This document shows, in pieces, positions 14,381-28,923 of a stretch of 64,000 bases of DNA. A program made the translations under genes and the position numbers. Every line of letters starts with the position of its first letter. Positions within the stretch are counted from its first letter, which is position 1. The stretch covers positions 107,508,001 to 107,572,000 of the forward strand of contig OZ024742.1 in NCBI GenBank assembly GCA_964016885.1, written 5' to 3'. This DNA comes from Eledone cirrhosa (taxonomy: Eukaryota). The notes below the pieces were generated by a model. It saw only the letters and a list, made by a program, of their open reading frames with translations, made no database searches and was not told where the DNA came from.

Positions 14381-15130
14381 AAATTCCAACATTGGACCAC
14401 AGTTGTTTGTAATCGTCTACTAAAGTTCTGTGTGTCCCTGTATCAACTTTCCTCTACCCTTTTCTATTTCTCTGCATGTTATGGAGGAGCCAAGTAGATG
14501 TAAACATTCCACACCAACATATAAGGAAGAATAGGTGGCAAAATAAATATGATGATATCTGCTAATAACAAACTGTCTGGAGCATGATGAAAATTAAGTT
14601 TTGGAATTTAGGAATATTACTTTTGTTCTCTTTCCATCATCATCATCTTTGTCTGTTTTCTATGCTGGCATGGGTTGGATTATGGGTTGTTACAGTCTGA
14701 GACCAGATGGGTTGGAGTGACCATTCTTGCTCATTACATTCCATATTTGGCATGAGTTCTACAGCTGGATGCCTGTCCTAATCCCAATTGCCTTACAGGG
14801 TGTAAGGGAGTTGGCATTAGGAAGAGTATCCATTTTATTATGTGCTATTTATGTTTTATAAAATTCTAAATTACTAACCTTGTGGAAGTGATGCAGAGGG
14901 TCAAGTTGGTATGGTGTAACTGATAACCAAAACTGAGAGATCACCACCCATATTATTGTGTTTTGTTTGGCTAAGACATAACTCTCATTGGTCCCATTAA
15001 TCCAGCTGTAATTAGATGCCATTGAGTAGCAGTACGATTGTAAAGTTGACAATTAGTTTGTTGCAGTCAAAGTCCAGGTCCTGCTGTAGGTCTAGTGAGA
15101 CCAATGCTGCACCATTCCTTCACTATAGGT

Positions 15131-15400
15131 GAGCAATGGTGAGCTATTGTTATGTATGTCTACAGAGAGCAATGGTGAGCTATTGTTATGTATGTCTACA
15201 GAGAGCAATGGTGAGCTATTGTTATGTATGTCTACAGAGAGCAATGGTGAGCTATTGTTATATATGTCTACAGAGAGCAATGGTGAGCTATTGTTATGTA
15301 TGTCTACAGAGAGCAATGGTGAGCTATTGTTATGTATGTCTACAGAGAGCAATGGTGAGCTATTGTTATGTATGTCTACAGAGAGCAATAGTGAACTATT
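15131..15400. repeat. 36 bp minisatellite, ~7.5 copies
   Basis: Unit GAGCAATGGTGAGCTATTGTTATGTATGTCTACAGA. Confidence 0.95.
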
Positions 15401-15504
15401 GCTGTATAGCAGTGGGGAACTACTGTGTATGCATATTCCTCCCACCAATTACTATATGGCAACAAACCCTTCAATGGCACTCTAATGATCTATGAGAGTG
15501 AAAG

Positions 15505-15612
15505 CACTACTATTACTACCACTGCTGCTGCCACTGCTGCTACCCCCCGTGCCGCCACTACTACTACTACTAACCCCCCCCCCCCCCGCTACTACTACTA
15601 CTACTACTGCTG

Positions 15613-15671
<59 letters not shown>

Positions 15672-15712
15672 GCTAACAATAACACCACCACTAAATACTA
15701 CTACTACTACAA
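15505..15712. repeat. (TAC)n microsatellite
   Basis: Directly visible. Confidence 0.95.
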
Positions 15713-16886
15713 TAGTAGTTTATTGTAGTGACTAGTTGCATATTTATTTCATTGGTAATTTACGTTTTTTGTATATTCTCACCTGTGTGAGTTAACCTAA
15801 AATCAAAGGATGGACTTTACTTGTAATTCAAATTACCTGTCTCATTGTTTCTAACATAAGTACTTTTGGGGGAGGGGGAAAGTCAATTAAATCAACCCCA
15901 GTACTTTATTTTATTGACCGTAGAAAGATGAAAAGCAAATTTAACCTAGGTGAGATTTGAACTCAGAACATAAGGAGCAGGAAGAAATACAGCAAAGCAT
16001 TTCGTCCAATGTCTTCACAATTCTGCCAATTCACTGCCCTTGTTATATTAATAAACCAGGCTCGCTAACATAAGCAATGAAATTATCTTTTCTTTACACG
16101 CCATGGGTATGGTTAGGAATTTTGCTTCACATCCTCATAGTCCTGGGCTTAGTTTCATTTCCTGGCACCTTGAGCAAGTGTCTTATGCTATAGCCTTGGG
16201 TCAATCAATACATTGTGAGTTAAATTTGGTTAACTGAATCTGAGTGGAAGCTTGTGTATTATATAGAGCATCTATTTTCAATGAGTGTTCCAGTTGTTTC
16301 ATTAACCTGTTTACCTACTCATTGAGCTAGAGATTAAGTGGTTGAGTATTCCACATACATTTGTACCCTTAATATAATACTTATGTAGACAGTGAGCCAA
16401 GGCTGGTTGTCTGAATTACAAGTACAATCCATCTAATGAATAAAAAGAAATTAAATACATTTTATTAAAATGTTACCCACTTCATCTTTATCTGCCAGCA
16501 ACATTTGTTATGTCAGTACAGGAGACAAACTAGTGAGGCACAGAAAATCTGATTATGACTTATTCCATATGAGCTCTTCAACCCTCAAACCCTTGCTCTT
16601 CTTCACACACTTTGGTGGCTGATGTATCCCTATGTTGTACTTCATGTTAAAAATATTAAAGGGAGCTTAGTTCCCTGAAAGGTGTTAATTGAGAGTTAAA
16701 AATTGTTAAAAATTTTAGTTTTATACATCATATTGTGTCTAAGCTAGAATGTTAGCTATATACATATAGGTATATATACCAAAAGTTAGTGTTAGGTATA
16801 TACATACATAGTGTTGCCCTTTTCATTGCAGTCATGGGTTTTTTTAATGTTCTATTTTAAAATATATTATTTTGCTTTTCTTATAG

Positions 16887-17010
16887 GTCATCCCGTTTGA
16901 AGCGAGGAACAGTCCATCAGCGAACCCCATTGAATGTGACTATGTGACAACCAACATCTCCAGGGAACACAAGCACAGCTGTCACAGCCAGCAGAACACA
17001 GCATATTTTA
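16887..17010 (+). CDS. Candidate last exon of host gene (phase 1 gives GHPV*), followed by probable 3' UTR
   Basis: Strong acceptor TTTTGCTTTTCTTATAG|G followed by repeat-poor unique sequence; frame and end uncertain. Confidence 0.4.
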
Positions 17011-19049
17011 GGCAGTTTAGCACATGTTCATTAAATGTGCTGGGCATTTTACCTCTTTGCTCTCTTGGTTATGTTGGATATCTGAGTTTGGTTCTCTTGG
17101 AAGGAACTAATAGCATGGTTGGGAATGAGTGTGAAACATGGATGGGAAAAACTGTGCCTATCAGATTAATTCATGCCCTTCTATCTATCACCAGGCACTT
17201 TGCTGCTAGCTGTGTTGCTTGACACCACCTCAAGTTACTGCTTTAATGCTCTATTCAAACTGGAAACTAGCTATATCTTAACATCTATGCTCCCAGCTAT
17301 TCTTTACTGTGTTTTAAACTATTTTCTTTACTAATTGCTTTACTGCAAAATGGTGGTCTATTCTTTACAACTGGAGAGCCAAAATACTTTTTGGAGTTAC
17401 TTTCCCTTACATCAAATCATTTGTCAACACAGTAGTTGGCAGAAAATAGTTTTTTTTTTCCTTTCTTTTTCTCTTTCCTTTTCTCTTTTGTCATATTTTG
17501 TTCCTAAGGAACAGCCATTAAAACATTTGTAATAATACTTCTGTAGCTGAAACTATTATACTCAAACTACGCACTCTCATTCTGAAGAGTACTACCAGAG
17601 TAATTCTTCAGCTTCTTCACAACTGCTCACTCCTCCTCCTTCTTCCATTTGTCTTCTATATTCTGTCTAGTCCTTGATTCTACCAATATCTCATCTCTGC
17701 TGATAGATTCCTGGCATAGTTATTGTTGACTTTGTGTCTACAAATCAGAAAGAGTTTGAAATATATTATCCCCTCTCTTATTTTTACAACTCCATCTCAT
17801 CCACTTCCTATTTCTCAATTTTTTTTCATTCTTTTAGACTTGGAAACATTCACTATTATTTAAATTATTTCTTGTTTTAAATTAATTTATAATTTTCTGT
17901 TTAAGTTTTTATATAACAGAAGAATGACTTCACTTGTGTAATATTAACTTGTAAATACTATTTTGCATTATATTATTCCAAAGTATCAGAATTGTTAAAA
18001 CTATATCCAGGAAGCTCGTTTCTTTGCTGAGTGAGCCTCCACTTAGTTTTTCAGTTGTTTCTAATGTCACATGCTTTTCATTTATGCAAATCATAAGGTT
18101 GTTTTAATGTTTTGTCTAACATCAAAGATAGGCTTCTACCTCTTTAGAGCCTGCTCTTTATAATTGATTCCATCATCTTTGTTTAGGCTGTTACATTGTC
18201 TCCATTAGCCCAAGTTGCTTTCTACATTTCCCCAACACCTCACATCATAAGAACCCTTTACTAGAAATGAAGCTGAAGTTTTATTACCCACTTCATAAGG
18301 CTCTGGAATTGTCAGGTTTCAAAAGAATTGATCCAAATTACCAAACACACTCTCATGCACATGCATGCACACTCTCTCTCTCAAATACAGTTTCTTTTAA
18401 TTTAATGAACCAGTCATCATCATCGTTTAACGTCTTTTCCATACTAGTATAGGTTAGACAAGTTGTCCCATTTGAGTCAGGTCCAGTGACTGTGTTTTGC
18501 TCATACAGAACTGTTTCTGGCTTGGTTTGTACAGCTAGATGCCCTTCCTAACGCCAACCACATTTACAGTGTGCGCTACCACTTTACAGAGTGGACTGGG
18601 TGTCTTTTATCGTGGCACCATAACGACCCCTTTTCAGTCGTGGCACTAAAACAACCACTTTAGAATGTGGACTGGATACATATATATATAATAAAATAAA
18701 ATAAAAATTCCTTCATAAAAAAGCCTTGAGAGACATGCAAAACATTTACTATGACTAGTGGTCACTGACATTATTTAATATTAGTAGTAGTAATGACAGT
18801 AAATCCTCAGCTTTGAATGAATAAGCTCTATTACATGTAGTGAGAACTTTTACTCATTCTTTCTATATAAAAGCTTGTGTATGTATACACATAGAATGAC
18901 ACACAGCATACACATACTCATTACCTTCTACTGAACTTTGAAAATTTCCTACTACCTTATTCTCTCTTCTAATACATGCCCTATACTTCATTCGATCTGT
19001 GCCAGCTCTGGAGCAGTGTTCATTTCTTATTTTTATTTCTTGTAAGGAT

Positions 19050-21935
19050 GGTGGAATCATTAGAAATTTGAACAAAATGCTTTGCAGCATTTATTTTGGC
19101 TTTTTATATTCTGAGTTCAAATCCTGTTGGAGTCAACTTTTGCCTTTCATCCTTTTGTGGTTGATAAAATAAAATACTAGCTAAGTACTAGGTTCAATAT
19201 AATTGATTTAGCCCTACCCCTCAAATTTGCTGCCCTTGTGCCTGTGTTAGAAATAATTTCTTGTAAGTTACGCTCTATTTGGTTATTTCTTCAACAACAA
19301 CAGCAACATTTGAGATGTGTGGACATTTTGTTTTGTTTTGATTAGAGTTTACCAGAACTTGATGATAATGCTGTTTGGAAGTTAACACCATGACCTTCCT
19401 GTCATTAAGCGCTGTGCATTTGGTTTGCACTGTTGCTGTGTGTCTTTCCAATCTCTCTACTCTCTCCTCAGCAACCTGATGTAATATTAGGTTTTATAGT
19501 CATACTCTCTCCCCCTCTCATTACTTACAGCACAAGCCTGCATATTTCTTTGTGCACATGAGCATATGTGGATGTGTGTGTGTGTTATTGTTTGTTGTAT
19601 GTATGTAGTCTGTGGTTGTGTTGCAATTCATTTATGACCGTGTGTATGTGTAATGGACAGATGTGATTGTGGTTATGATTGTATGTGGGTTATGCAAGTA
19701 CTTGTCCCTGGTCATATTCATTTGTATGTATATATATATATATATCTTTTTGTAATTGTCTGAGATAATACTAATATTCTTGTATGTATTCATCTTCTGT
19801 CAGCTTCACTTGTGTCAACATCAGATCATAATTATATTTATTATTCGGTGGATTGGCAGTATCGGTAGAGAGTCGCGCCATGCTTTCCAGCATAGTTACG
19901 TCCCTTTACGGTCTGAGTTCAAATCCCGCTGAGGTTAACTTTGCCTTTCATCCTTACGAGGTCGAAAAAATAAAGTACCAGTAATATACTGGGTAATTGC
20001 TGGCCTTGTGCCAAAAGTAGAAACAATTATTACATGAAACAGAAGCAACTAATTTGAGATAGACAAAATTGTAGGCCCTGTGTAGTGGAATCACAATAGG
20101 GTCACTCAGCATGTGATAGATACTTGGTTCAAGTCCTACCAGTTGGCCTGTTACTCTTTTTCTTTCCGATTGGTGCTTATAATGTCTAATATCATTATAT
20201 ACCAGCATGAGGGTGGTGTATTGGCCGAATTGTTAGTGCTTCAAATAAAATGAAAGGAATTGCAATATTTTGTTACAGCCCTCTATGTTCTCGTTTTAAA
20301 TTCTGCTGAAGTCAACTTTGCCTTTCAATGTTCTGGGGTTGATAAAATAAAGTACCAGTAAAGAACAGGGGTCGATATAATTGACTTTACTCTTCTCTAC
20401 AAATTGCTGGTCTAATGCCTACATTAGAAATCATTATATACTAGCATGGAGAAACTAATGTAAAATGATGAATAGTATTATGTTCTGGCTCTTTATGTTC
20501 TGAGTTCAAACCCAACTGGAGGTTAACTTTACTTTCCATCCTTTCTAGGTTGATAAAATAAATAACAGATAACTATTCCAATTGCTAGCTGTGTGCCTAA
20601 ATTAAAATTTATTTTATTTTGGCTCTTTACATTCTGAGTTCAAATCCCACTTAGGTCAATTTTTATCTTTCTGACACCTGACCTAGCACAAAGCCAGGTT
20701 GGGTGTAAGAAAGATAAAAATCTTGAGGAAGTTCCTGACTTTAATTTTTCAGAAGTCAATAAAATATGTATTCTGTCAAATTCTGGAGTCAGTTTCTATT
20801 GGCAGTACCTCTTCCCCTAGAATTGGGCATTTATGCCTGTTAAAAAAGGTTATTTAAAAAAGCAGTGGATGGATAGAATTAGAACTTTGGACAAAAATAC
20901 CATGTTGTATTTAGTTACATCCATTTACATTCCTATTTCAATTTCCACTGGGGGTTGACTTTGTCTTTCATTTATTCAGGACAAGTAAAATATGTATCAG
21001 AATTAGTGGGGTTGATGTGATCTAAAAAATATTTTGGCCTGGTGCCAATGTGAGGAAATATTAAGCCGGAAGAATTACAGAAAACTGGAGAGCATCAGAT
21101 TAAACAGTGTTTAAGAAGTCTCTATTTTCTCGAGTTCTAATCCTGCTGAGGTCAACTTTGCCTTAGATCCCTTATGGGTTAATAAAATAAAGTACCAGTC
21201 ATGTACTGGAGTCGAATAAACCGACTACCCCCCCCCCCCCCCCGGCAAACAAAACAAAACAAACTTTGTGACCCTGTGCCTGCATTAGATATCTTTATCA
21301 TTATTATGGCGTTAGGGTAGTGGTTTGGCAGAATCATAAGCATGTCAGACAATAACTTTGCTGTATTTGTTCTGGCTCTTTACTTTCTGAGTTCAAATGC
21401 CATTGAGGTCAACTTTGCCTTTCATTCTTCCGAGGTTGATAAAATAAAGTACCAGTCAAGTACTGGGGTCGATATAATGGATTTTCCCCATTTTATAATT
21501 TGCTGGTCTTGTGCTGAAATTAGAAATCATTATTAGAGTGGTGCGGTGGATTGGCAGTATCGGATATGGCGGTGGATTGGCAGTATCGGATATGGCGGTG
21601 GATTGGCAGTATCGGTAGAGGGTCGGACGCCATGCTTTGACGCATAGCGTTATGGCCTTTGCTATTCTCAGTTCAAATCCCGCCGAGGTTAACTTTGCCT
21701 TTCATCCTTACGGGGTCGATAAAATAAAGTACCAGTAATACACTGGGATAATTGCTGGCCTTGTGCCAAACGTAGAAACTATTATTACAGTGGTGCATTA
21801 GCAGAATCGTTAGTGTTGGAAAACATGCTTTTATTTATTCTTGGCATTCCGAGTTCAAATCATACTGAGCTGAACTCTGAGTTTCATCATTCTGGGCTTG
21901 TTAAAATAGAGTACGAGTTAAGTACTGGGATTGAT
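19050..21935 (+). mobile_element. Cluster of about 10 co-oriented tRNA-derived SINEs with a Nin/Deu-like domain
   Basis: Repeated TGGCAG(T/A)ATCG A-box-like, GTTCAAATCC B-box and GCCTTTCATCC...GGTCGATAAAATAAAGTACCAG; many more copies elsewhere (e.g. 8385, 13560, 15870, 32352, 49660, 50610, 57140, 60285). Confidence 0.85.
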
Positions 21936-23162
21936 TTTAGGGTTCAAATTTTGTTGAGGGTTAAGTACTTGTATGAGAAACAAAAGCATCTCTGAGGTAA
22001 TTTCAATTCATTATAGGTCTCCTTGCATAGGAAAAAGATATTTTTATGGTGTATTCCACCATTCTCTTGTCCTTCTTCCTCTTCACATTATTATTGCAGT
22101 TTGTTTAACTCTAACATGGTTAGCTGAAGAATACTCAGTAAAAGGACGGAGCCAGTTATTCAATATGTATATATATATATATATTTATGATTCACTCTTT
22201 TAGTTAGGCCACATAAGTCCAAGGGGATTGGTTGGCAGTGAGGGCTCATTTCACAGTCAAGTTTCCCTTATTTATTGCAAATGAGTTCAATCACTTTCTC
22301 CACAGCTCCCTATTTGGTATAAATGACCATTTATAAAGAATACATTGTCAGTCTAGTTTTCTTATTTCACTATATCAGTTCAACAGTCACCCTTTCTTTT
22401 AAAAGCTAACTTCCATACAAAGGTCTCCATCATCTCTACCCACATTGTTTATCTATTATTAATATTATTAAGTATTAAAAGGATGATGGATTGCAGCACT
22501 TAGTTGTAACCCTTTACGTTCTGAGTTCAAATTCTGCTGAGGTCAAATTTGCCTTGTGCCTAAATAGGAAATCACTATCATGGTGCAGTAGTTACAATAG
22601 TAACACTCTACTATTTAGTTAGGAAAAGAAAGGCAAAATCCTCTAACTTATTGAGTCATAGGGGCATCATGACACACACAGCTTGCCATGGGAAATTTAA
22701 ACTTAGTGCATGCAGCCCATTCTTCTCCATGTTGGAAACTGCTGATTTCTTCTAGAAAAAGAGAGAGAAATGAGAAAGTGATAAAAAAGTGACCACACTT
22801 CTGGGCTGGTAATTTATTGACCTCAAAAGGATGAAAGGCAAACGTGAAGTTGGTGGGATTGTGAGTCTGATCAAATAGCGAAGGCATTTAATCTGATGCC
22901 CTAACAACTTTGCCAATCACCACCTTATTTAGTTATTTTCCTAGGATTCCATCAGGAGTTCAGGATCTATACATACATACATTAGTTGCCTCTCAGCTGT
23001 GGTTGCCATCAACAGGCCATGCTTAACTGAGTGACACTCACTGCTCCAACTGGGCTGCAAGACAATTAGATACAAGCTGATGGGTTGTCACGAAAAAGGA
23101 GGATATGATTGATGTGACTGTGTGCTTGTTCTGACAGGAGGTGAGAATATGTTCATGTGTGA

Positions 23163-23206
<44 letters not shown>

Positions 23207-24090
23207 GTGTGTGTGTATGTATATAGATGATGTGTGTGTGTATGTATATAGATGTATGTGTATATGTATATAGATGATGGATGTGTGTGTGTATATGTAT
23301 ATATATGATGTATGTGTGTGTGTGAGATATATGTATATAGATATGCATGTGTGTGTGTGTGTATATATAGATATACTATGTGTAAATATACATATATATA
23401 TACATACATATACGCACACACACACACACACACACTATGTATATTTCTGTGCGAGATATGTATATGTATATCTATATATGTATATCTCTTTGTATATATT
23501 GGTATATCGCAGTTGGACATGACTGATACAATCTATTCATGAAATATGATGTTATGGTTTTCAGGCTGCCTATTTTGTTATTTGTATTTTTGTTTACTTT
23601 CAACTGACAAATAAAATATAAAACCTGAATTATTTGCTACTTTGTCATCAACTGTTGATTTTTGTTTTATTTAATAAAATTTAGTGGTTTGTCAGAAACG
23701 TTAACATGTCAGACAAAATACTTTACATTATTTAGTTACAGACCTTATGTTTTGAGTTCAACTTTTGCCGAAGTCAACTTTGCCTCATATTTTTCAGGTA
23801 TCATTAAAATAAAGTAGCAGGGCTGATATATTTGACTTTGCTGAAAGTTAACAAAATTGGAATTTGGTTTTTTGCTTTAACATAGCAGATATGTAAATGT
23901 ATTTGTGAGTTTTATATCTAATAATAATAATAATTGAATCGGTTGCAAGCAAATGGCCTCATTATGCAATGTTTTCTTTTAAAGACCACTCATAAAATCA
24001 CTCGGTATGCAAATAAGGCTAATCAGCCGATGTATACTTTAGACAATACTATATATTCTCAAAAGTTTGTGAGTGACAGAAAAGAGACAC

Positions 24091-24137
24091 ACAATCTTGA
24101 GAAAGGGCAATAACCCAGAAACAACATTGTCGGTTGT
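24091..24137 (+). ncRNA. Type I hammerhead ribozyme, U3-A8 core
   Basis: ACAAUC-UUGAGAA-A-GGG caauaa CCC-A-GAAA-CAA ca UUG-UC^GGUUGU; 6-bp stem I. Confidence 0.75.
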
Positions 24138-24789
24138 TTCTCTGTGCCACCGCTAGAAAAGGATGATGATGGTCATTTAAAAGAAAAGAGTAATGAGGCT
24201 GTTTGCCTGTAAATGAATCGAATATTATTATTATTTGTTATGGCCCTTTCTGAGTTCAATTCCGCCGAGGTTAACTTTACCTTTCATCATTACAGGGTCG
24301 ATAAGATATAGCACCAGTATTACACAAATAATTTCTGGCCTTGTACCAAAAGTAGAAACATTATTTGATATAAAACTCACGAATATATATATGTATATAT
24401 ATATATATATATGTGTGTGTGTATGTATATATATATATATATATATCATCATCATCATCATTTTTACGTCCACTTTTCCTTGCTTGCAAGGGTGGGACGG
24501 GAACTGATTCTGGCTTGATTTCTACAGCTGGATGCCCTTCCTAACACCAACCTCATTTACAGTGAGTGGTGGGTGCTTTTTTGCCGTGGCACCTGCACGA
24601 CCACTTTGCAGTGGAATGATAGGGACCCCAGTCCCTATCATCTCATTTCTACAGCTGAGTAAACTGGAGCAATGTGAAATAAAGTGTCTTGCTCAAGGAA
24701 ACAACACATCACCCGGTCTGAGAATTCAACTCACAACCTTTCGATTGCAAGGCCAATGCTCTAACCACTAAGCCATGTGCCTCCTGTAT

Positions 24790-25472
24790 AATGTATATAT
24801 AAGTATATGTATGTGTATATATATATAATGTATATATGTATGTGTGTATATATATATATAATGTATATATGTGTGTATGTATATATAAGTGTATGTGTAT
24901 ATGTTGTGTATATATATATCTATGTATATAAATATGTGTATGTATGTATATGTGTATGTATGTATATGTGTATATATATGTATGTATATGTGTATATATA
25001 TGTATATATATATGTGTATATATATATATATGTGTATATATATATATATGTGTGTATATATATATATGTGTGTATGTATATATATATGTGTGTATGTATA
25101 TATATATGTGTGTATGTATATATATATGTGTATGTATGTATATATATATATGTGTATGTATGTATATATATATGTGTATGTATGTATATATATATGTGTA
25201 TGTATGTATATATATATATATGTATGTATATATATGTGTATGTATGTATGTATATATATATATATATATGTATGTATATATATGTGTATGTATGTATATA
25301 TATATGTGTATGTATGTATGTATATATATATATATATGTATGTATATATATATATATATGTATGTATATATATATATATATGTATGTATGTATATATATA
25401 TGTATGTATGTATATATATGTATGTATGTATATATATATATGTATGTATATATATATATGTATGTATGTATA

Positions 25473-25508
<36 letters not shown>

Positions 25509-25586
25509 TGTGTATGTATGTATGTATGTATGTATGTATATATATATGTATGTATGTATGTATATATATATATGTATGTATGTATG

Positions 25587-25622
<36 letters not shown>

Positions 25623-25930
25623 TGTATATGTGTATATGTATGTATATGTATGTATGTATATGTATGTATATGTATGTATGTATATGTATGTATGTATGTA
25701 TGTATGTATATATATGTATGTATGTATATATATGTATGTATGTATATATATGTATGTATGTATATATATGTATGTATGTATATATATATATGTATGTATA
25801 TATATATATGTATGTATATATATATATGTATGTATATATATATATGTATGTATATATATATATATGTATGTATATATATATATATGTATGTATATATATA
25901 TATATGTATGTATATATATATATATGTATG

Positions 25931-25964
<34 letters not shown>

Positions 25965-26101
25965 TATATGTATGTATGTATGTATATATGTATGTATGTA
26001 TGTATGTATATATATATGTATGTATGTATATATAAGTATGTATGTATGTATGTATATATATGTATGTATGTATGTATGTATATATATGTATGTATGTATG
26101 T

Positions 26102-26135
<34 letters not shown>

Positions 26136-26523
26136 GTATGTATATATATGTATGTATGTATGTATATATATATATGTATGTATGTATATATATATATGTA
26201 TGTATGTATATATATATATGTATGTATGTATGTATATATATATGTATGTATGTATATATATATGTATGTATGTATGTATATATATATATGTATGTATGTA
26301 TGTATATATATATATGTATGTATGTATATATATATATGTATGTATGTATATATATGTATGTATGTATATATATGTATGTATGTATATATATGTATGTATG
26401 TATATATATATGTATGTATGTATATATATATATGTATGTATGTATGTATATATATGTATGTATGTATATGTATGTATGTATGTATGTATATATATATATG
26501 TATATATATATATGTATGTATGT

Positions 26524-26585
<62 letters not shown>

Positions 26586-26922
26586 GTATATATATATATG
26601 TATATATATATATGTATGTATATATATATATGTATGTATATATGTATGTATGTATGTGTGTATATATATATATGTATGTATGTATGTATGTGTGTATATG
26701 TATGTATGTGTGTATATGTATATATGTATGTATGTGTGTATATATATATATATATATATGTGTATATATGTATATAAATGTGTATGTATGTATATGTATA
26801 TAAATGTGTATGTATATAAATGTGTATGTATGTATGTATATATATATGCGTGTATGTATGTATATATATATATGTGTATGTATATATGTGTGTATGTATG
26901 TATATATATATGTATGTGTGTG
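24790..26922. repeat. 2.1 kb (TA)/(TATG) compound microsatellite
   Basis: Directly visible. Confidence 0.97.
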
Positions 26923-27209
26923 TATCATCATCATCGTTTAACGTCCGTGTTCCATGCTTGCATGGGTTTGGACGGAGGTTTTTCCCACTTGAGGCAAGAG
27001 TGGTTATCTTGCTCGCATAGGACTGTCTGGCGGGTTTTCTACAGCTGGATGCCCTTCCTAACATCAACCACATTTACAGTGTGGGGCTGGGAGGTTTTTA
27101 CCGTGTTGCCTACACGGCCACATTACAGCGTGAACTGTATGTATATATATATATATGTATGTGTATGTATATATATATATATGTATGTGTGTGTGTATGT
27201 ATGTGTATG

Positions 27210-27240
<31 letters not shown>

Positions 27241-27291
27241 ATGTATATATATGTATATATAAATAAATTATCGGAGAAAGCTAATAGCGAT

Positions 27292-27335
<44 letters not shown>

Positions 27336-28065
27336 GTATGTATAGTATATTTGGCAATATACCATATGTTTAATTAAAAACATTTAGAAGACCATACACT
27401 ATCAGTTTTAAAGTAGTCACTATGTCACTTACTTCTTTTCGGCAAAAGAAGGGAGAGAAGCTGACAGTCTGTTTTACGTTGGCTGGCGTTCATCAGAGCC
27501 ACGTACTCCTCCTGCTTTCGTTGAAAATTATGGAAGCTGGATTCTTATAGAATTCCAGTAACAACCAGGAGCTGATTATACAGAGCAATTGCTGGTCCTG
27601 CAAAAATTAGGTATTAGGATTGGTACTCTGAAATAGCGATGTTTACATGAATGTATACATCGCTCTATTGAACGCTGGTTGGCGTTCATCAGAGCCACGT
27701 ACTCCCCTGCATGTAAACATCGCTATTTCAGAGCACCAATCGTAATATTTAAAATACCTTTGCTGGACCGGCAATTGCTCTGTATAATCAGCTCCTGATT
27801 ATTTCTGGAATTCTATAAGAATCCAGCTTCTGTAATTTTTGGCGAAAGCAGGGAAGTACGTGGCTCTGATGAACGCCAACCATCGTAAAACAGACTATCA
27901 GCTTCTCTCCCTTCTTTCGCCGAAAAGAAGTAAGTGACATAGTCACTACTTTAAAACTGATAGCATATGGTCTTCTAAATGTTTTTAATTAAACACACGG
28001 TATATTGCCAAATATACTATACATTCATTCATGTATACATCGCTATTTCAGAGCACCAATCCTAA
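27336..28065. mobile_element. Fold-back non-coding element (~320 bp unit) with an HHR-like motif in each arm
   Basis: 27340-27650 is inverted relative to 27710-28025, and the unit restarts at ~28030; motif GGCU-CUGAUGA-ACG..CGU-AAAA-CAG a CU(G/A)-UC^AGCU at 27459-27500 (-) and 27862-27903 (+). Confidence 0.8.
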
Positions 28066-28430
28066 TACATATATATATATATGTGTGTATGTATTACTCT
28101 TTTACTCTTTTACCTGTTTCAGCCATCCGGCTGAGGCCATGCTGGGGCACCGCCCTTGTGCTGGGGCACGTATGTATATATATATATTTCGTTTCTTAAT
28201 TTGTTTAGCAAGATTCTTTATCTGAAAACGTATCTTGAAACCGATATTGTTATACTTTGGGAGGGTCATATTGCCAATAAGAAACACACGCACCAGTAGC
28301 TTTCACTCCAATTTATTATAAATTAAAAACATTTAAAAAAAAAAAAAATTTTCTTAAAAATTTTACTTTTAAAGTTTATAAATTTCCGGTTGGATGGTTG
28401 GTTCCACAACCGGACGGTTGTTCATATATT

Positions 28431-28473
28431 GTCAAAGTTCTTTCGTGACACATTCTGTGACCTCTTCAGTGAC
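28431..28473 (-). ncRNA. Minimal type I hammerhead in element 28188-28660
   Basis: GUCA-CUGAAGA-G-stem II-GAAA-G aa C-UU^UGAC; stem II is imperfect here and perfect in the 31284-31326 copy. Confidence 0.65.
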
Positions 28474-28923
28474 TGGGGATTCTTTTCTTTGTTTTGTGCC
28501 TCTCCTTTGTTCTGTCCTATGCCATCTTGTTTTTGTGTGTGTTGTGTGCTTAGTTTGCGCATGTGTTACATCCAGGTGTCTGTGTGTGTTTTTATTTGTT
28601 TATTTATTTGTTTATTTACATGTTACCAACCAACCGGAAATTTATAAATTAAAATAAAAATTTTTAAGATGATCTTTTTTTTCTTAAACAATGTAAAGAA
28701 TACATATAGGGAAACAAGTATTGTCATTCAGATAATTTTGGTCGTTTGAACTGCTGCTAATTCTAGTAGCAGGACATTGACCTGTCCGCCCTGCCTTTTG
28801 TCTTTACACACGGCACTAGGCAAAATTGTTTCTTTCCTCATTCACTCTCATTCGGGAACAGTTTTGTATGGCGTATGTTTGTGATTTGAACTCGGTAATT
28901 TTATATTCTCCGAGCGAGAAGAA

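Noticed and set aside
15092-15495. Repeat proteins or a CRISPR-like array
   Set aside because: Contiguous 36-bp minisatellite with no unique spacers and no cas genes; eukaryotic context
27790-27880. Third permuted hammerhead (GGC-GAAAGC upstream of CUGAUGA)
   Set aside because: No cleavage strand pairs in register in both arms; a type I fold explains the motif better
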